This document shows positions 12,546 through 25,759 of a DNA stretch of 64,000 nucleotides, piece after piece (the stretch's first letter is position 1; the number at the start of each line of letters is the position of its first letter). The stretch is from positions 56,360,001 to 56,424,000 of the forward strand of contig NW_024704742.1 of assembly GCF_018977255.1 (NCBI RefSeq), written 5' to 3'. The notes under the pieces were generated by a model, which had not been told where the DNA came from, searched no databases, and was given only the letters and a program-made list of their open reading frames with translations. The translations under genes were made by a program, and so were the position numbers. This stretch comes from Callorhinchus milii (taxonomy: Eukaryota).

Positions 12546-13584
12546 TAATGGTCTGCAAATGATTGGGGAGAGATATCCAGACTGAAATCAACCATCAGGA
12601 GGATAAAGAAAAATAAATTACCTTTTGTTACCTGGTTCAATATATTCAACATTGTATTATTGTCTAAATCCTTTCAAAATATAAAATCCAACCACAATAT
12701 GATCACTGGTTCTCACAAGTTCCCCTATCACTATATTAATTCCATTTTAGATCACCTCCCCTTTCCAGTTGTTGTAGGGAATTAAAATTTCTCAGAATTA
12801 TGTCCCCATACTTTTCTCTGTTGCAGCTTTCAAATAATTCCATATTCATTTGCATATCTTCCTACAGTGAATTCTGGCTCTTAGATTTGGAGGCTTTTAC
12901 CTCATATTAAGGTTAAAATATTTGTACTGTGGAATATCTAATCTGCAGACTTATTGCATTGATGTAGGCGGCAGATGTCAATGTTCCTCTTGATTGATGT
13001 TTTTCTTGTGACAGCTATTTTCATCTCTTTGTTTTATCTGTTATTCATTGTTTTTGTGTGAACTGTATTGTACGTTTATTTTGTAAAGTCAATTCTATAA
13101 TTTTGTGAAGCTGTAAATATTTCAAAAATGGAATACAATTATTATGTATTACAAATAAATTATTCATATTGATATTGCATCCTCATGAACTTGAACCCAA
13201 ATGACATTAAAATACGTGAAAGGATTCAACTACAAATAACTTTTTTTAAGTAATTAACCAGATTAAGTCTTAGAAGGATTAAGTGTTAGAAGGATGTATA
13301 TAGATTAATGGTTTTATTTCTACAATCAATGCAGAAATGCATTTGTAACTTTAAAAATGTCATTAATTGATAACATCTATTGTAAAGAATTCATTTAGTC
13401 TGCAACAAAATAATACATTAATGAAAGTAAAGGGAACCTGGGGGGAAGCTAAACACATACAAATCAGGAGAGTGAGGAGAAAATAGCTTTTTAATATTTT
13501 ATTGTAGAATGCGAATTTATTCTGTTGCTTTAAATTAGCAGGGCCCAAATGCTAAGCTGTGACAGGGCTATAAAACACAGCTCT

Positions 13585-14477
13585 GTTGGCAAGACAGAAG
13601 CCCTACTGCTTCACTCCCGGTAGTGCCTCCTCAACAACAACAACAACAACTTGGATTTATATAGCGCCCTCCACGTCCTTACCTCAGCCGCTGACATTCT
13701 TGTCACACTCTTCACCTCACTGAGCCAATCTGAAACCTCAGTATCCTTTTCAACCCTCAGCTAGCCTTGAAACCCTACATTTGTGCCGTGACCCGTTCTG
13801 CCTCCCCACACATCCATAACATTGCACTGCCTCTCACCGCAGGCCAACAAGATCATGATCCACGCTGTCATTACATCCCGGCTTGACTACAACAACTGCT
13901 TGCTAACTGGATTTCCCAATTCTTCTCTCCACAAGCTGCAGATTATTCAGAACTACAGCTCATGTCTTCTCCTGCACCAGGCTCTGGGAACCTATCAACC
14001 TCATTCTTGCCCGGCTTCACTGGCTCCCCATTCCTCAGAGAATCGAGTGCAAAACCCTCATTCTTACCTTTAAGGACATGCACGGTCTTGCTCCCCTCCA
14101 CCTCTTCAACCTCATAACCCCATGTCAGCCTGTCCACTCCCTCCATTCGGCAGACACTGGCTGCTTCAGGACCACCGCACTTCCCGCTCCACTACTGGCG
14201 ATTGGGCATTCAGCTTCTCTGCCCCCATACTCTGGAACTCTATCCTGCAATTCCTCCACCTCACCCCTTGTCTTGCATTCTTCAAGTCCCATTTGAAGAC
14301 CTTCCTCTTTGACCATGCCTTCGGCCACTCTCCCATGCCCACCCCCACTGCTTTCCATCCCTCCTGACCCCAATTTCCAGCTTGTGTCCAAAACTGCTGA
14401 TTGTCCAACACCCTGGGACATCTTTCCAATGTGAAGGGTACAATCCAAATATAATTTGTTGTTGTTATTGTTGTTGT
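13585..14477 (+). mobile_element. L2 3' fragment, with nested 48-bp antisense L2 tail at 13633-13680
   Basis: HAVITSRLDYNNCLLTGFPN, WAFSFSAPILWNSI, FKSHLKTFLF; (GTT)n tail at 14457-14477. Confidence 0.9.
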
Positions 14478-15074
14478 AAGAAGCTAAAGAAGGAATTAAA
14501 CATGACAAAAGTGACAGGCTTAAACAACGCAGTAAGAGGAAGACCATTTTAGACAACCAGATTAGAGCAATGATTCAGATCCAGTTGACACAAACAGAAC
14601 TGTCTCTATCAATCCTAGACTGTTCAAGAGAATCAGCAGATAGCAGGTCTGCATCCTAAATTGAGATTTATTTTAACTGGAACAAAGAAAAGAGAGGAAA
14701 GATAATGGAGGTGCTAATATTCTGTAGAGCACTAGGTATATAAGGAAAATGAATTCCTCTGGTTTTGGGATTGGGATTGTTAACATAAGAAACAGGAAGA
14801 GGTTAGGAGGAATTTCTTTATCAGTAGATTGTTAGGAGTTTAATTTACCATAAAATGTAGTTATTATGGTGTTCAACTGGAACATCAAAAGGGAACTTGA
14901 TAAGCAACTGGGTAATCAAACACTTTAAAGGGATATTGGGAAAAGTGGAATCAATAAAAAGGATGACTGAAAAAAGTAGAAATAGCAAGCACACAGACTT
15001 GATGGGCTGAATGACCTGCTACTGCACTGAAAATAGTTGTTTCTATGTCAGGCTTGATATGAACCCTGTGTGAA

Positions 15075-16110
15075 GAAACAGGCGAAGGGATTGTGGGATG
15101 GAGTTCCAAAGAGTGGGGCAGAGAGGCTGAAAGCCTGGCCACCGATGATAGGGTGGGTCGGGTGGGAGACCTGTAGCCTGCTGAGTGGAGGAAGAGGGCA
15201 GGTTGATAGGGGATCAGCGGGTCAGAGATGTAGGAGGGGGAAAAGCCGTGGAAAGTGAGGATGAGGATTTTGAATTCTATCCTCTGAGGGATGGGGAGCC
15301 AATGGAGGTGATGGGGGTGATGGGGTCACAGAGCCTGGTGAGGGAGAGGTCAAAAGCTGCAGAGTTATGGATGATCTTGTGGATGGAAGAGTTGGAAGAG
15401 AGGCCAACAAGGAGGGAGTTTTCGTAGTCGAGCCTTGAAGTGATGAATGCATGAGGGTTTCGGCAGCCTGAGGGGTGAGGCAGTGGCGGAGTCGGGCAAT
15501 GTTGTGGGGGAAGACAGAACAGGTCATGGCATGGATATGGGGGAGAAAAGACAGTTGAGGGTCGAACAAGACCCCTAGTTTCCTAACTGGCTTGGTGAGG
15601 TAGAGTGTGCAACACTGATGCTGCCTGAGGTACTGAGGTGCTGGCGTGAGCCAATCAGGAGGGCCTCAATCTTACTGACATTCAGCTGTAGAAAGTTAGC
15701 TCTCATCCAGGACTTGATGTCAGACAGATAGTCTGTCAGGACATCAGTTGTTCTGGAATCGAGGGTGGAGGCAGAGAGATAGAGTTGTGTGTCATGCATG
15801 TAGAAGTTGAACCCATGTCTGCGGATGATGTCACCAAACAGGAGCATGTAGAGGTTGAAGAGGAGGGGACCAAGGACAGAGCCCTGAGAAACACCACACA
15901 AGACTGTCTGGGGGCTGGAAGAAAAAACATTGGCGGAGACAAATTGGAGGTGGTGTGAGAGATAAGACCTGAACCTTGAAGGTTGAGGTGAGAGGAGAGG
16001 TGTTGGAGGAGGATGGAGAGGTCCATGGTATCAAAGGCAGCAGAGAGGTTGATGAGGACGAGAAGACAATGGGAGTCCTGGTCATAGATGAACAAAATGT
16101 AATTTGTCAC
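15075..16110 (-). mobile_element. L2 RT fragment
   Basis: [39 protein letters not shown] on minus strand. Confidence 0.9.
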
Positions 16111-16174
16111 CTAGACCACCTTACTGCTATAATTCTGAACAAATTTTCTGGCATTGTATGTATTGTATTTCATA

Positions 16175-16520
16175 ACAACTGATTGGAGGGGCTCGTGAAG
16201 GGATTGGTAGAAGAGGAATTAGCAAAGCTGCGAAGCAACATTTCTTTCAAGAACCTTGGAAAGAAAAGGAAGGATGGAATTGGGCCGGTAATCAGAAGCC
16301 AGGGATGGATCCAGGGAAGGTTTTTTTCAGAATGGGGTGATTGTAGATGTTTTTAGTGGGAAGGGAACAGTGCTAGAGTTGTGGAGAACAGTGAGCAAGG
16401 AGGATAAATCAGTGCAGGAGGTAGGCCAGAGGGCGAGGTGTTCAGATGAGTCCAGGGTAACGGAGAGGGATTGCGAGTAGATATTTTCTAGGTGCAGTAG
16501 GAGATGGAGGTGGGTTTGAT
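16175..16520 (-). mobile_element. Older L2 ORF2 fragment
   Basis: Minus strand approximates STVPFPLKTSTITPILKK-PSLDPS..DYRPNSILPFLSKVLE. Confidence 0.65.
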
Positions 16521-18599
16521 AGCAGTGGGGAAAGGGATTGAGGTGTTAAAGGAGATAAAATGGTGATCGGAGATGTGTCTGTGATCCTAAGTCTGTGATT
16601 GTGATATCCGAGACACTGAGGACTGGAGTTTTGTAGAGTAATGACAGGCATTATGAGGGAGATGTAAAAGCACTGGGAAGGTTCCAATAGCCTAGATGTC
16701 AAAAAATGTGGTGTGGTTCCAAATTCACAAAGGTGACCAAAGTTCAGATTTGTTTTGCTGCCAATGAAGTTAACAGACAGCTTATTGGTTTGGTTTCTAT
16801 AACTTCTGGAACAATCTTATTGCAAAAGCACTTCCATATCATGAAATATCCAATGAAAATTAATTTTTAAAGGAACTTTTGTTTGCCTTTTGATACTAGT
16901 CATTTCCTTTTGAGTTAAACAGCAGATCTAGCCTTATTTTCCCTCCAAAGGCATAAATAATCTATTTCAAATAGAAAAATTGCTATATATAATTCTGTCA
17001 TTTATATTATTCTTTGCTGTTCCAGACAGGAGGAAGGTTAAATGATGATACAAATACAGATGCACTATTGTCTTTTTTGAGATCTACTGACTTAATTTGA
17101 GTTCTACTGATGCTTAATCATATAAAGTGCTTTGAGATCCTCCTGATACGAAAGGTGCTACAGAAATGTAAATTGCATTATTCTATATTCGTTCTTCATA
17201 CTAAGTCCTTCACTGCAATGGCACGACTTTAAGATAAATACTCCACTCAGATTTTTGATCTGGATATTAATGTTAATGTTTAATTATATTACACTTAGAA
17301 ATATTATAACTTCTTAGCAGAGTAGATGTTCACTAAAGTAGCAAGACACACCACAGTCATCACTTGATGGAACCATCCCAATTTGAGTTTCAAGTATTAT
17401 CTTGAAGATGGAGTTGAAGTTACAACCCAAGTTCCATTCAAAGTCACATCAACATTTAACATGTCTTTTATATTCTGTACCACTGATACAGCAAGTAAAG
17501 TAACTTCACAGTTACTTCACATTGATCAGCTATAAAAATGCTGTCCACTTCTTCCCCAAATGCACTGTTAACCTTAAGAAAACATATTTTCTGGTCACAA
17601 TCTTTCTATTAACACCTACCCTGCATTGCTGCTGCTAAACAGAATCCAAAAAACGTTTGGTTGTCTGATCTGTGATCCTTCTCTTTGGTTTGTATCCTGC
17701 CTATCACTCCATCACAAACTTTCCTCTCTGCCTGATCCTGACTGCTATGGTCACTGCTCCTCCAAAGATGTCCTGCATTACACTCTTCTTCTCTGCCACA
17801 AGATCTAAATGTATTGCCTGTTTTCCTTATTCTAACTCATCCTTTCTCAGGACTTCAAGATTTTGAAACTCCTTACCTCCTGCAGTCTTTTCCATCCTCC
17901 TACAATCCTCCTGTGAAAGTCCAACCTTGGCACCGAGGGACCTTTTCTTAATTTCTTATTTTGTTTCTCTGGTAATCTTTTTAACCTTGTTAGTATACTA
18001 AACAATGGTTCCTGGCCCTTCACATTGGTTCTGAATTAAAGTAGACACACAACATTTTGAACTTGGCAGTGACAGTGTTCTATACAGGGTTGTGACATTC
18101 AGCTAAATGCTCTTGAGATGCAACTTAGACTCTGACCAGTTTCAGACGGACTGACATTGTATGCAAGTGCAATCAAAGATAAGCAATTGCAATGAATGGG
18201 GGTGATTTTTTNCTCAATTTGGTGGAATTTCTGCATGAATGACAGGAGAAAAATAAAATTCAAGACTTGGGACACTTTGTTCAGATAATATAGAAGTTAT
18301 GTGAGGTCATGAACATGACTAATATTTTCTGTAATTATTATAGAAAAGCAATTAAAGGACATAATTAATGCTGAAAGCTTATTAAGCTGAGAAATTTACT
18401 CTTTGAGGCTTACAAGATGAGGTTATTTAATATGGTCTGAGTGAGTGGAAATCCAGAAACTGAGTGAAGACATTGCCATATGTGATTTTGCCTACAAAAT
18501 ATTCAGTCAATTCACTTTACAGTATATTTTTTGAATTGGTGTGGAACTTGATAAGGCGCTACATCAAATGTAAGGATGATCTTTATTATTTTTATTATT

Positions 18600-18872
18600 C
18601 ACAGGGTATTTACGTAAAGTGCAGTGACTGTGTTTATGTAGGTAAAAGGGGAGCTCATGGCTCACAAACACCCTGGACTCTTCTGTTTTCAAATAGTGTT
18701 ATGAGATCTATTATATTCACCTTAACAGTCACACGGGACGCTTGATTCCATGGCACCTATGACAATGCTCCCCGAGCACAGTGTCATCCTAGAGATGATG
18801 AGCTCAAATTCCCAATGTAAGGCTTGAACTCAAAACTTTCTTACTCAGAGGCAAGAGTGTAAGCTCCTGAGC
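18600..18872 (-). mobile_element. Deu-domain SINE family B, degenerate (preceded by a SINE A tail on + at about 18480-18600)
   Basis: TTTTCAAATAGTGTTATGAGATC and CTTACTCAGAGGCAAGAGTG match the family B complement. Confidence 0.6.
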
Positions 18873-19484
18873 CAGATTGATTATTATGAATTAATAATTT
18901 CAATAATAATTTATATGAGATTCAGTAAACCTTTTCTATGATTGTTAATTATACTATCAAGATCACCTGTAATTCCTTCCGGATTCATGTATTTGCATAT
19001 GGTTACTACAACTCACCTGTTGACCGTCTAGAGTTAACGCAACAGCACTGATAGTCTAATCACGCTTCCTATAATTAGTGTTGTCTATTGACTTGAGGTG
19101 TTCAGTCAGTTGAGTATTAGGTATGGATTAGGAAGTATTTGGATTGAAATCCTGGTTGGTCCATTTAGCCAGGAAGGCACATAGTGTAGGAATATGAGGC
19201 ATTAATGTTAATCGACCAGTCTGTTCAACTCAGCAGTGAGACTGCAGATTCAAACATGACAAGTTTTGAAATGATTGATCTAATTGTATGAACACATATG
19301 GCTTGAGCAAATTTGTGTAGAAGTTTGTGGCATTAAAAGCAAATAAAGGGTAAATGGAAATTGCTTCAAACAAAGAGGGTAAAGCAGAAAATTAATATGA
19401 AATATTTCAATAATATAAGGAATATTTGAAGGGAGCCAATTATAAATGACTTCAATGACCCTGAATTGAACTGTAATGAGCATG

Positions 19485-21622
19485 ACTGCCTCTTAGACCC
19501 CGGGGCTAACCTCTCCTCCCTGATCCGCATCTCCACCCTCCCTGACAACCAATCCACTACCCCCTCCCATCCCACACATTCCCCTGCCAACTGTCCACTC
19601 CACATTGACCTTCAAAACGTCTGCTCCATCTCCAACAAGACCCTGGCCATCAATAAACTTATCTTCGATGAGAACATTGACATTACGGCCCTCTCTGAAA
19701 CCTGAATCACTCCAGGTGACACCTTTCCCCTCACTGAGGCCACACCACCCGACTACACCTACCACCATGCCCCATGCCCCAACTGCCGAGGCAGCTGGGT
19801 GGCCCTCATATCCAGGGCGTCACTTGCCCTGTCCACCTACTCCACCGGCTCATTCCCCTCTTTCGAACACTTTACCCTCTGCCATCCCTCCCACCTCTCT
19901 CTAACAATGCTCCTAGTTTACCGCCCCCCAAAATCCTCTCCCACCTTCATCTCTGACATCTCAACCCTTCCAGCTTCCTTCTGCCTCTGCTCCGACCGCC
20001 TCATTATCCTAGGCGACTTCAACCTCCACTTCACCCCGTCCTGCTCCACCTCCTCAGACGTCTCCTCCTCTATCAACCTTTCTCTCCACATCCACTCTGC
20101 TACCCACACCCATGGTCACCCGCTCGTCCTGGTGATCACCCGGGGCCTCAGCATCTCGGATGTCATCATCATTGACAAGGTCATCCCTGACCAACATTTC
20201 ATCTCCCTCAACTCCCATATCTCTCTCCCAAACCTACCACCATCTTCTACCGCCCGTAGAAGAAAATCTCCCCACAGTTCCTCTCCACTGCCCTGGAGTC
20301 CTTTGAACTCCTCCCCCTCTCGCCCACCTCTCACACCAACCCACTCAGTGCACTCACTCTTCTCCATGGCACCCTCTCCACCACACTCAACGTCCTTGCT
20401 CACCTCCTGAACTGCCTCCTATTCCCGATCCTCACCCTGGTTCACCAGACACCGCCGCTCGCTTAAGGGCCAGGTGTGGGGCTGACAAATGCATTTGGCT
20501 CAAATCCAGCCGAACGGTCCACCGCCGCATCTGCCTGGACCTCATCAAGACCTACCGCTCCGCTCTCACTTCAGCCAAATCGTCCTATTCCAGGTTAATC
20601 CTGGAGGCGAAGGGCAACCCCAGGCTCCTGTTATCCACCACCAACCGGCTCCTCCCCCTTCCCCACCATGCCTCGCAGATTCTTTCCTCTGACTCTCACT
20701 GTAAGAATATGCTGGACTTCCTCAAGTCCAAAATCGAGGGAATCGCTCAGCTGCCACTGCCCTCCCAATTTCCACCCCCTCCCTATCCCAACCCCACACT
20801 CCGATAATTACCCATCCCTCCTTCCACACCTTTGAACCTGTCACCCGCTCCACTGTCTTCATCACCATATCCTCCATGAAGCCCACCACCTGCCCCCTGG
20901 ACCCCATTCCCACCCCTCTCCTTAAAACCCAGCTCTACCTCCTTGCCCCACTACTCGCTGGCATCATTAACCTCTCCCTATCATCTGGCACTGTTCCTTC
21001 TCCCCTCAAAACAGCCCATTATCACCCCCACCTTGAAGAAACCTTCCCTTGAACCATCACAGCTATCCAGCTACTGGCCCCTCTCAAACCTCCCTTTCCT
21101 ATCCAAGGTCCTTAAGAAAGCCATTGTCTCCCAATTTTGCTCTTTCCTCTCCTCTTACTCCCTCCATGAACCCCTCCAATTGAGTTTCTGTGCTACCCAC
21201 AGCATGAAAACTGCTCTGGTCAAGGTCACAAACAACATCCTGACCATGTGTGACCAGGGCTCCCTCTGCCTCCTCATCCTCCTCAACCTCATCATTGCCT
21301 TTGACACCGTGGATGATTCAATCCTCCTCCACCGCCTCTCCTCCCACCTCAACCTTCAAGTTTCCGTCCTTGACTGGTTCAGGTCCTACCTTTCACACCG
21401 TCTCCACTTCGTCACAGCAAACGGCTTCTCATCCATCCCCCGCACTGTCTCATGCGATGTTACTCAGGGCTCTATCCTCGGTCCCCTCCTCTTCACCCTC
21501 TACATGCTCCCCCTTGGTGACATCATCCACAGACATGGGGTAAATCTCCACATGTTTGCGGATGACACCCAACTCTATCTCTCTGCCTCCATCCTCAACT
21601 CCAGGACTACTGGCGTCCTGAC
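19485..21622 (+). mobile_element. L2 ORF2 from APE endonuclease to RT, multiply disrupted
   Basis: LQNVCSISNK..DITALSET, LIILGDFNLH, HTHGHPLVLVITRGL (endonuclease); WPLSNLPFLSKVL, QGSILGPLLF, MFADDTQLY (RT). Confidence 0.95.
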
Positions 21623-21877
21623 CAAAGAGAAGGGTCTTGAGACTGGCCTTGAAGGAGGCAAGGGAGGAAGCGAAGCGAAGGGACCATGGAATGGAGTTCC
21701 AGAGTGTGGAGGCAGAGAGCCTGAAAGCCCGGCCACCAATGCTAGGGCAGGTATGGTGGGAGACATGGAGCAGACTGGAGCCCGCTGAGTGGAGGGAGCG
21801 GGCAGGATGGTTGGGAGTCAGCAGGTCAGAGAGGTAGGAGGGGGCAAGGCATGGATGGCCTTGAAAGTGAGAACGAA
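21623..21877 (-). mobile_element. L2 C-terminal ORF2 fragment in antisense, abutting previous element
   Basis: Minus strand runs from VLTFKAIH to FKASLKTLLF; no tail. Confidence 0.85.
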
Positions 21878-22200
21878 AAGTATAAATGTCAATTATAAAT
21901 GTAGAATTAAATTATGAAAAATGTAATTTTTCTTATTAACTCCTCTTCCTCCCCCCACGCTGCCTCAGATTAATGATTGTATCAGCAGATTTGCTGCTCC
22001 AGGTCACAGAGCTCAACATTTGAGTGCAGCTAAAATTAGGATAGCGACTTAGCTGAAACTGTATACTGTGAAGCAGCACTCGATTGCTGGCTCCAGAATT
22101 AGAAAAAAAACAACCAGCCAGCTTTGTGATATACAACACAATACACTTTACATTTATATAGCAACTTTCATGTCTGGAAGATATCTCAATGCACTATACA

Positions 22201-22574
22201 TAATCATACTAATAATAATCTTTGCATTTGATATAGAGCCTTATCATGCCATTGAGGCGTCTCAAAGTGCTTCACAGAATATACTTTGTAAAGTGAATTG
22301 ACTGTATAATTTGTGGACGAAATGTAGCGGCCAATTGCGCACAGCAGTGTCCCACAAATAGTCATGGATTGAGTGATCAAATGTTTTTTTAAGGGGTTGT
22401 TACTCCCGGAAAGCAATCCACCAATCAACTAACAACTGGGTTCTTACGTACTGCTAGGTAAACAGAGGTATGTGGATTTAGGAACTTGCCCAAGATTTTG
22501 CTGCATCTGGGAATCAAACCGGGGTCCTCTCGCTTGCAAGGCGAGCGCACTAACCACTACACTATGGGACTCCA
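22201..22574 (-). mobile_element. SINE family A, long form
   Basis: Head TGGAGTCCCATAGTGTAGTGG..CTCGC CTTGCAA GCGAG..GGTTTGATTCC; colinear with 6284-6638. Confidence 0.9.
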
Positions 22575-22729
22575 CCACAGAGATGGTTGGGCGCCCGAGC
22601 TGGTGGGGAGTGGTGGGAAGATGCTTAATAAGTGAAGTTCCAGTGACTAGGAACAGAATGGCTGAAAGCTCATCCACCGAAGGTGGGGCAGATCAGGTGG
22701 TTCTTGTGTGGGAGTTGCTCCTTGTGTCC

Positions 22730-22965
22730 ACCTAGTGATTTGATAGCAATCTGCCCTCTTAGTCAAAAAGTTATGGGTCCAAGCCACACATTGGGAATCT
22801 GAACTCAAAGTCTAGGCTCATACACCAACCCTGGACATGCACTTCATTGTTGGAGGCGATGAACTTCAGATGAGTATTAAACCTAGTTTCTGTCTATTCA
22901 GGTGGATGTTAAAGATCTCACAGTACTATTTGAAAAGAGAAAGAAGTTTCTTCCATTGCACTGGT
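22730..22965 (+). mobile_element. Deu-domain SINE family B, 5' half
   Basis: CAGGTGGATGTTAAAGATCTCACAGTACTATTTGAAAAGAG. Confidence 0.7.
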
Positions 22966-23019
22966 CAACAGGCCTGCACAGAAAGTTGGTAATTTACTTC
23001 ATGACCTCTAAGAGCAGGG

Positions 23020-23339
23020 ATTCTTCCTTTTTGGCTCATTGTAACTCTGCAGAGCTCTAATGGATAGGAAAATCCTAGCTGGGCAAGGAGCAGGAAGCTT
23101 GCCAGACAAACAAGTACCCCAATACACATTCTTGCATTCTCCAAGCATTGGCTCTTGCCAACCTGCGCCTTATATTTTCTGGAATTAGATAAAGCAGGGT
23201 ACATCCCTACAAGCACATTCCATTCCAGACACAGAAACATAACAAGTGTTTGGATGGTAGACATATGTGGAATTCTCTGTTTGGTTTGGATACTCTTAAG
23301 CATAGTGGTGGTTTTCAACTGTGTCAAACAACTGACTAG
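23020..23339 (-). repeat. Unassigned dispersed repeat family X, copy 4
   Basis: Reverse complement contains AAGAGTATCCAAACC, CTGGAATGGAATGTGC, CAGGTTGGCAAGAGCCAATGCTTGG as in other copies. Confidence 0.8.
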
Positions 23340-23749
23340 GACATTGCCGTGTGCAATTTTGATGATGTGATAAAGCACTATGTGAAATACAAGGATCATT
23401 ATTATTTCAACAGACTTATAGCATAATCCTTCCATATAACAAATGGATGGTCTGCATTGCAGAAGCTTTACTTTTCCCAGTAGAGGAGCTGAAGGCTTGA
23501 AACCGTTAAATCCCTGAAAAGCAAAGCTACTTTGCTGATCCTCATACATTTGCAATAATTAAATAAAACTTAATTCATTGTAATTCATAATGTTTACATC
23601 TGTTTTCCAAAACTAGAGGCTGATTTTAGCTATTCCAATTCAAGCTGTGCAATTTTCTAATTGACCTTAACAGGTCGAGATCAATCAGTAAGAAACATCT
23701 TGCTGATGGAGTACATTTGTGAATCTGAAATTGACATGGATTAATTCAA

Positions 23750-24405
23750 AACTGCTAACCTTGTCTTATTAAATTTGAAAAGTTTGATAAGGTAAACATG
23801 AATAGATTGTTTCCACTTATTCGCGAGTCAGTAACAAGGGTACATAAATATAAGATAACACTAATAGATCTACAAGAGATTATAGAAGGAATTTCTTTAC
23901 ACAGAGCGTGCTGAGAATGTAATAATAATAATAATAATAATCCTTGCATTTGATATAGCGTTTTTCACATATTCTAGACGTCTCAAAGCGCTTCCCAGAA
24001 TATGCTGTAAAGTGAATTGACTGTATATTTGTGGGCAAAACGCGGCAGCCAATTGCACACAGCAATGTCCCACAAACAGTCATGGATTGAAAATGACCAA
24101 TTTATTATCGTTTTTGTTTTGGAGGGATTATTATGAGGTGTGTGGAGTAAGGAAACTTGCCCAAGGTTTTGCCCTGCCTGGAATACACATGGTTTCACTG
24201 CCAGAGGCAGAATGTTGAAGCAGAAAGTATTTGTGCACTTAAGAGGAAACTTGATGCTTACCTGAGAAAAAAAGGAACACAGGATTCTGGAAGGAGGTTA
24301 GCGAGGAGGGATTAGATTAGTTTGAGGCTCATGGGGACAATAAGCACCTGTAAGGGCTAGTTGGGCCAAATGGCCTATTGCGGTGTTACAGATTCTATGT
24401 AATTC
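23750..24405 (+). mobile_element. CR1 3' end interrupted by SINE A (short form, minus strand, 23919-24185)
   Basis: AGGAATTTCTTTACACAGAG(CG)TG before and GGGCCAAATGGCCT..ATTCTATG CR1-type terminus after the SINE. Confidence 0.75.
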
Positions 24406-25341
24406 AGTGTAAAAAAGAGTTATAATAATCCTTACATTTGATATATGGATTTATCATATTATTGGAATGTCTCAAATTGCTTCACAGGATTTACTGTAAG
24501 TGCATATTTTTGTCGACAAAAGCAGGAACCAATTTATACACAGCAGTTTACAAATAACCACGAGGTGAACAAATAATTTTATCTGGTGGATTGTTGGCTA
24601 GGTTGCAGGGAAGGTCACTTCTCATTTCAAATAATGCACCTCAATCTTTCAAGTAGGTCTGAACAGGCAGAGGAGACCTCGATTGAATTTCACGTTTGAA
24701 GTGCGGCATCTCTGACAATGCTTCGGTGATGGAGTATCATTCTAGCGTCTTGGGGCATATTTCGATGCACATCTAAAGTTCCTTTCAGTTAGTTTGTAAT
24801 ATACATAATATTGACGATTCAGCACAATTTGCTATCAATATTCACATCAGCAGAAACTCATAAGTTGCATGGTTAGCATCATGGTAAATTAGCATTTCTG
24901 CAAAAGTATAAAACAGTGGCCCTGAGTAAATTCTTATTCATTCCATTGGGAAGCTGCTTGATAAATATTTATGGCTATACACCCATGCAAATTATTTAGT
25001 GAAATGTCTCCAGGAATGAGTTCTTATTAGTGCCTTGAAGTTTTATCTCCTGTCTCCTGAGAGTAAATTATAGGATAGGCAGTCTCCAGTACAACCATTA
25101 TGTTCGAAAGCAGTATTTTTCAGGCCTTCAGACTCTGTTTCATCTTCCTGCCTGATTGGAGATTTGTATGCTTTATCAGCAGCCTGAAGCGTTTCCAGTT
25201 GGATAGTTTCTTTGCAAATGTTCCCGATGAGTGAGCAAAGTCACGAACCAAACTAAAACTTTACTAACTTTACATTATACTTTACTTTTGCAAGGCTAAA
25301 ATTCTGTTTTTGAAATGTTATATACATCTTTCAGGTGTCTG

Positions 25342-25722
25342 TCTAGCTCTGTTGGTAGGTCTCTTGGCTCTGAGTTACAAAGTTGTGGGTTCAAGCCTCA
25401 TACTGAGACTTTGAACTCACAGTCTAAGCAAACACTCCAATGAAGCACTGTGGATGAGATATATTGTTCGAGGTGCCATTCTATCATTCTATTAAAATCG
25501 AGGTCCCATCCCCCTATTCAGGTAGATGTTAAGATTCAGTGTGCTACTTGAAAAGTGAAGTGAATTTCTCCTATGATCCTGGCCAACAATCCTCCAGATA
25601 AAATTGACAATTCACGTCATGGCTGTATGTGAGACGCTGTTATGCACAAACTAGCTGCTGAGTTCCACTACAAATACGCAGATCACCATACTTCACATTA
25701 AAATCTTGTGAACTCTTTGAGA
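25342..25722 (+). mobile_element. Deu-domain SINE family B, near full length
   Basis: Head CTCTTGGCTCTGAGTTACAAAGTTGTGGGTTCAAGCC; Deu body CAGGTAGATGTTAAGATTC..CCTGGCCAACAATCCTCC. Confidence 0.75.
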
Positions 25723-25759
25723 CCATCATTAATTAATTTAGTTTTTTCCAAGTGACAAT

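Noticed and set aside
12900..13165. U-rich tract ending in AATAAA resembling a 3'UTR end
   Set aside because: No upstream terminal coding exon; the motif is common in AT-rich DNA
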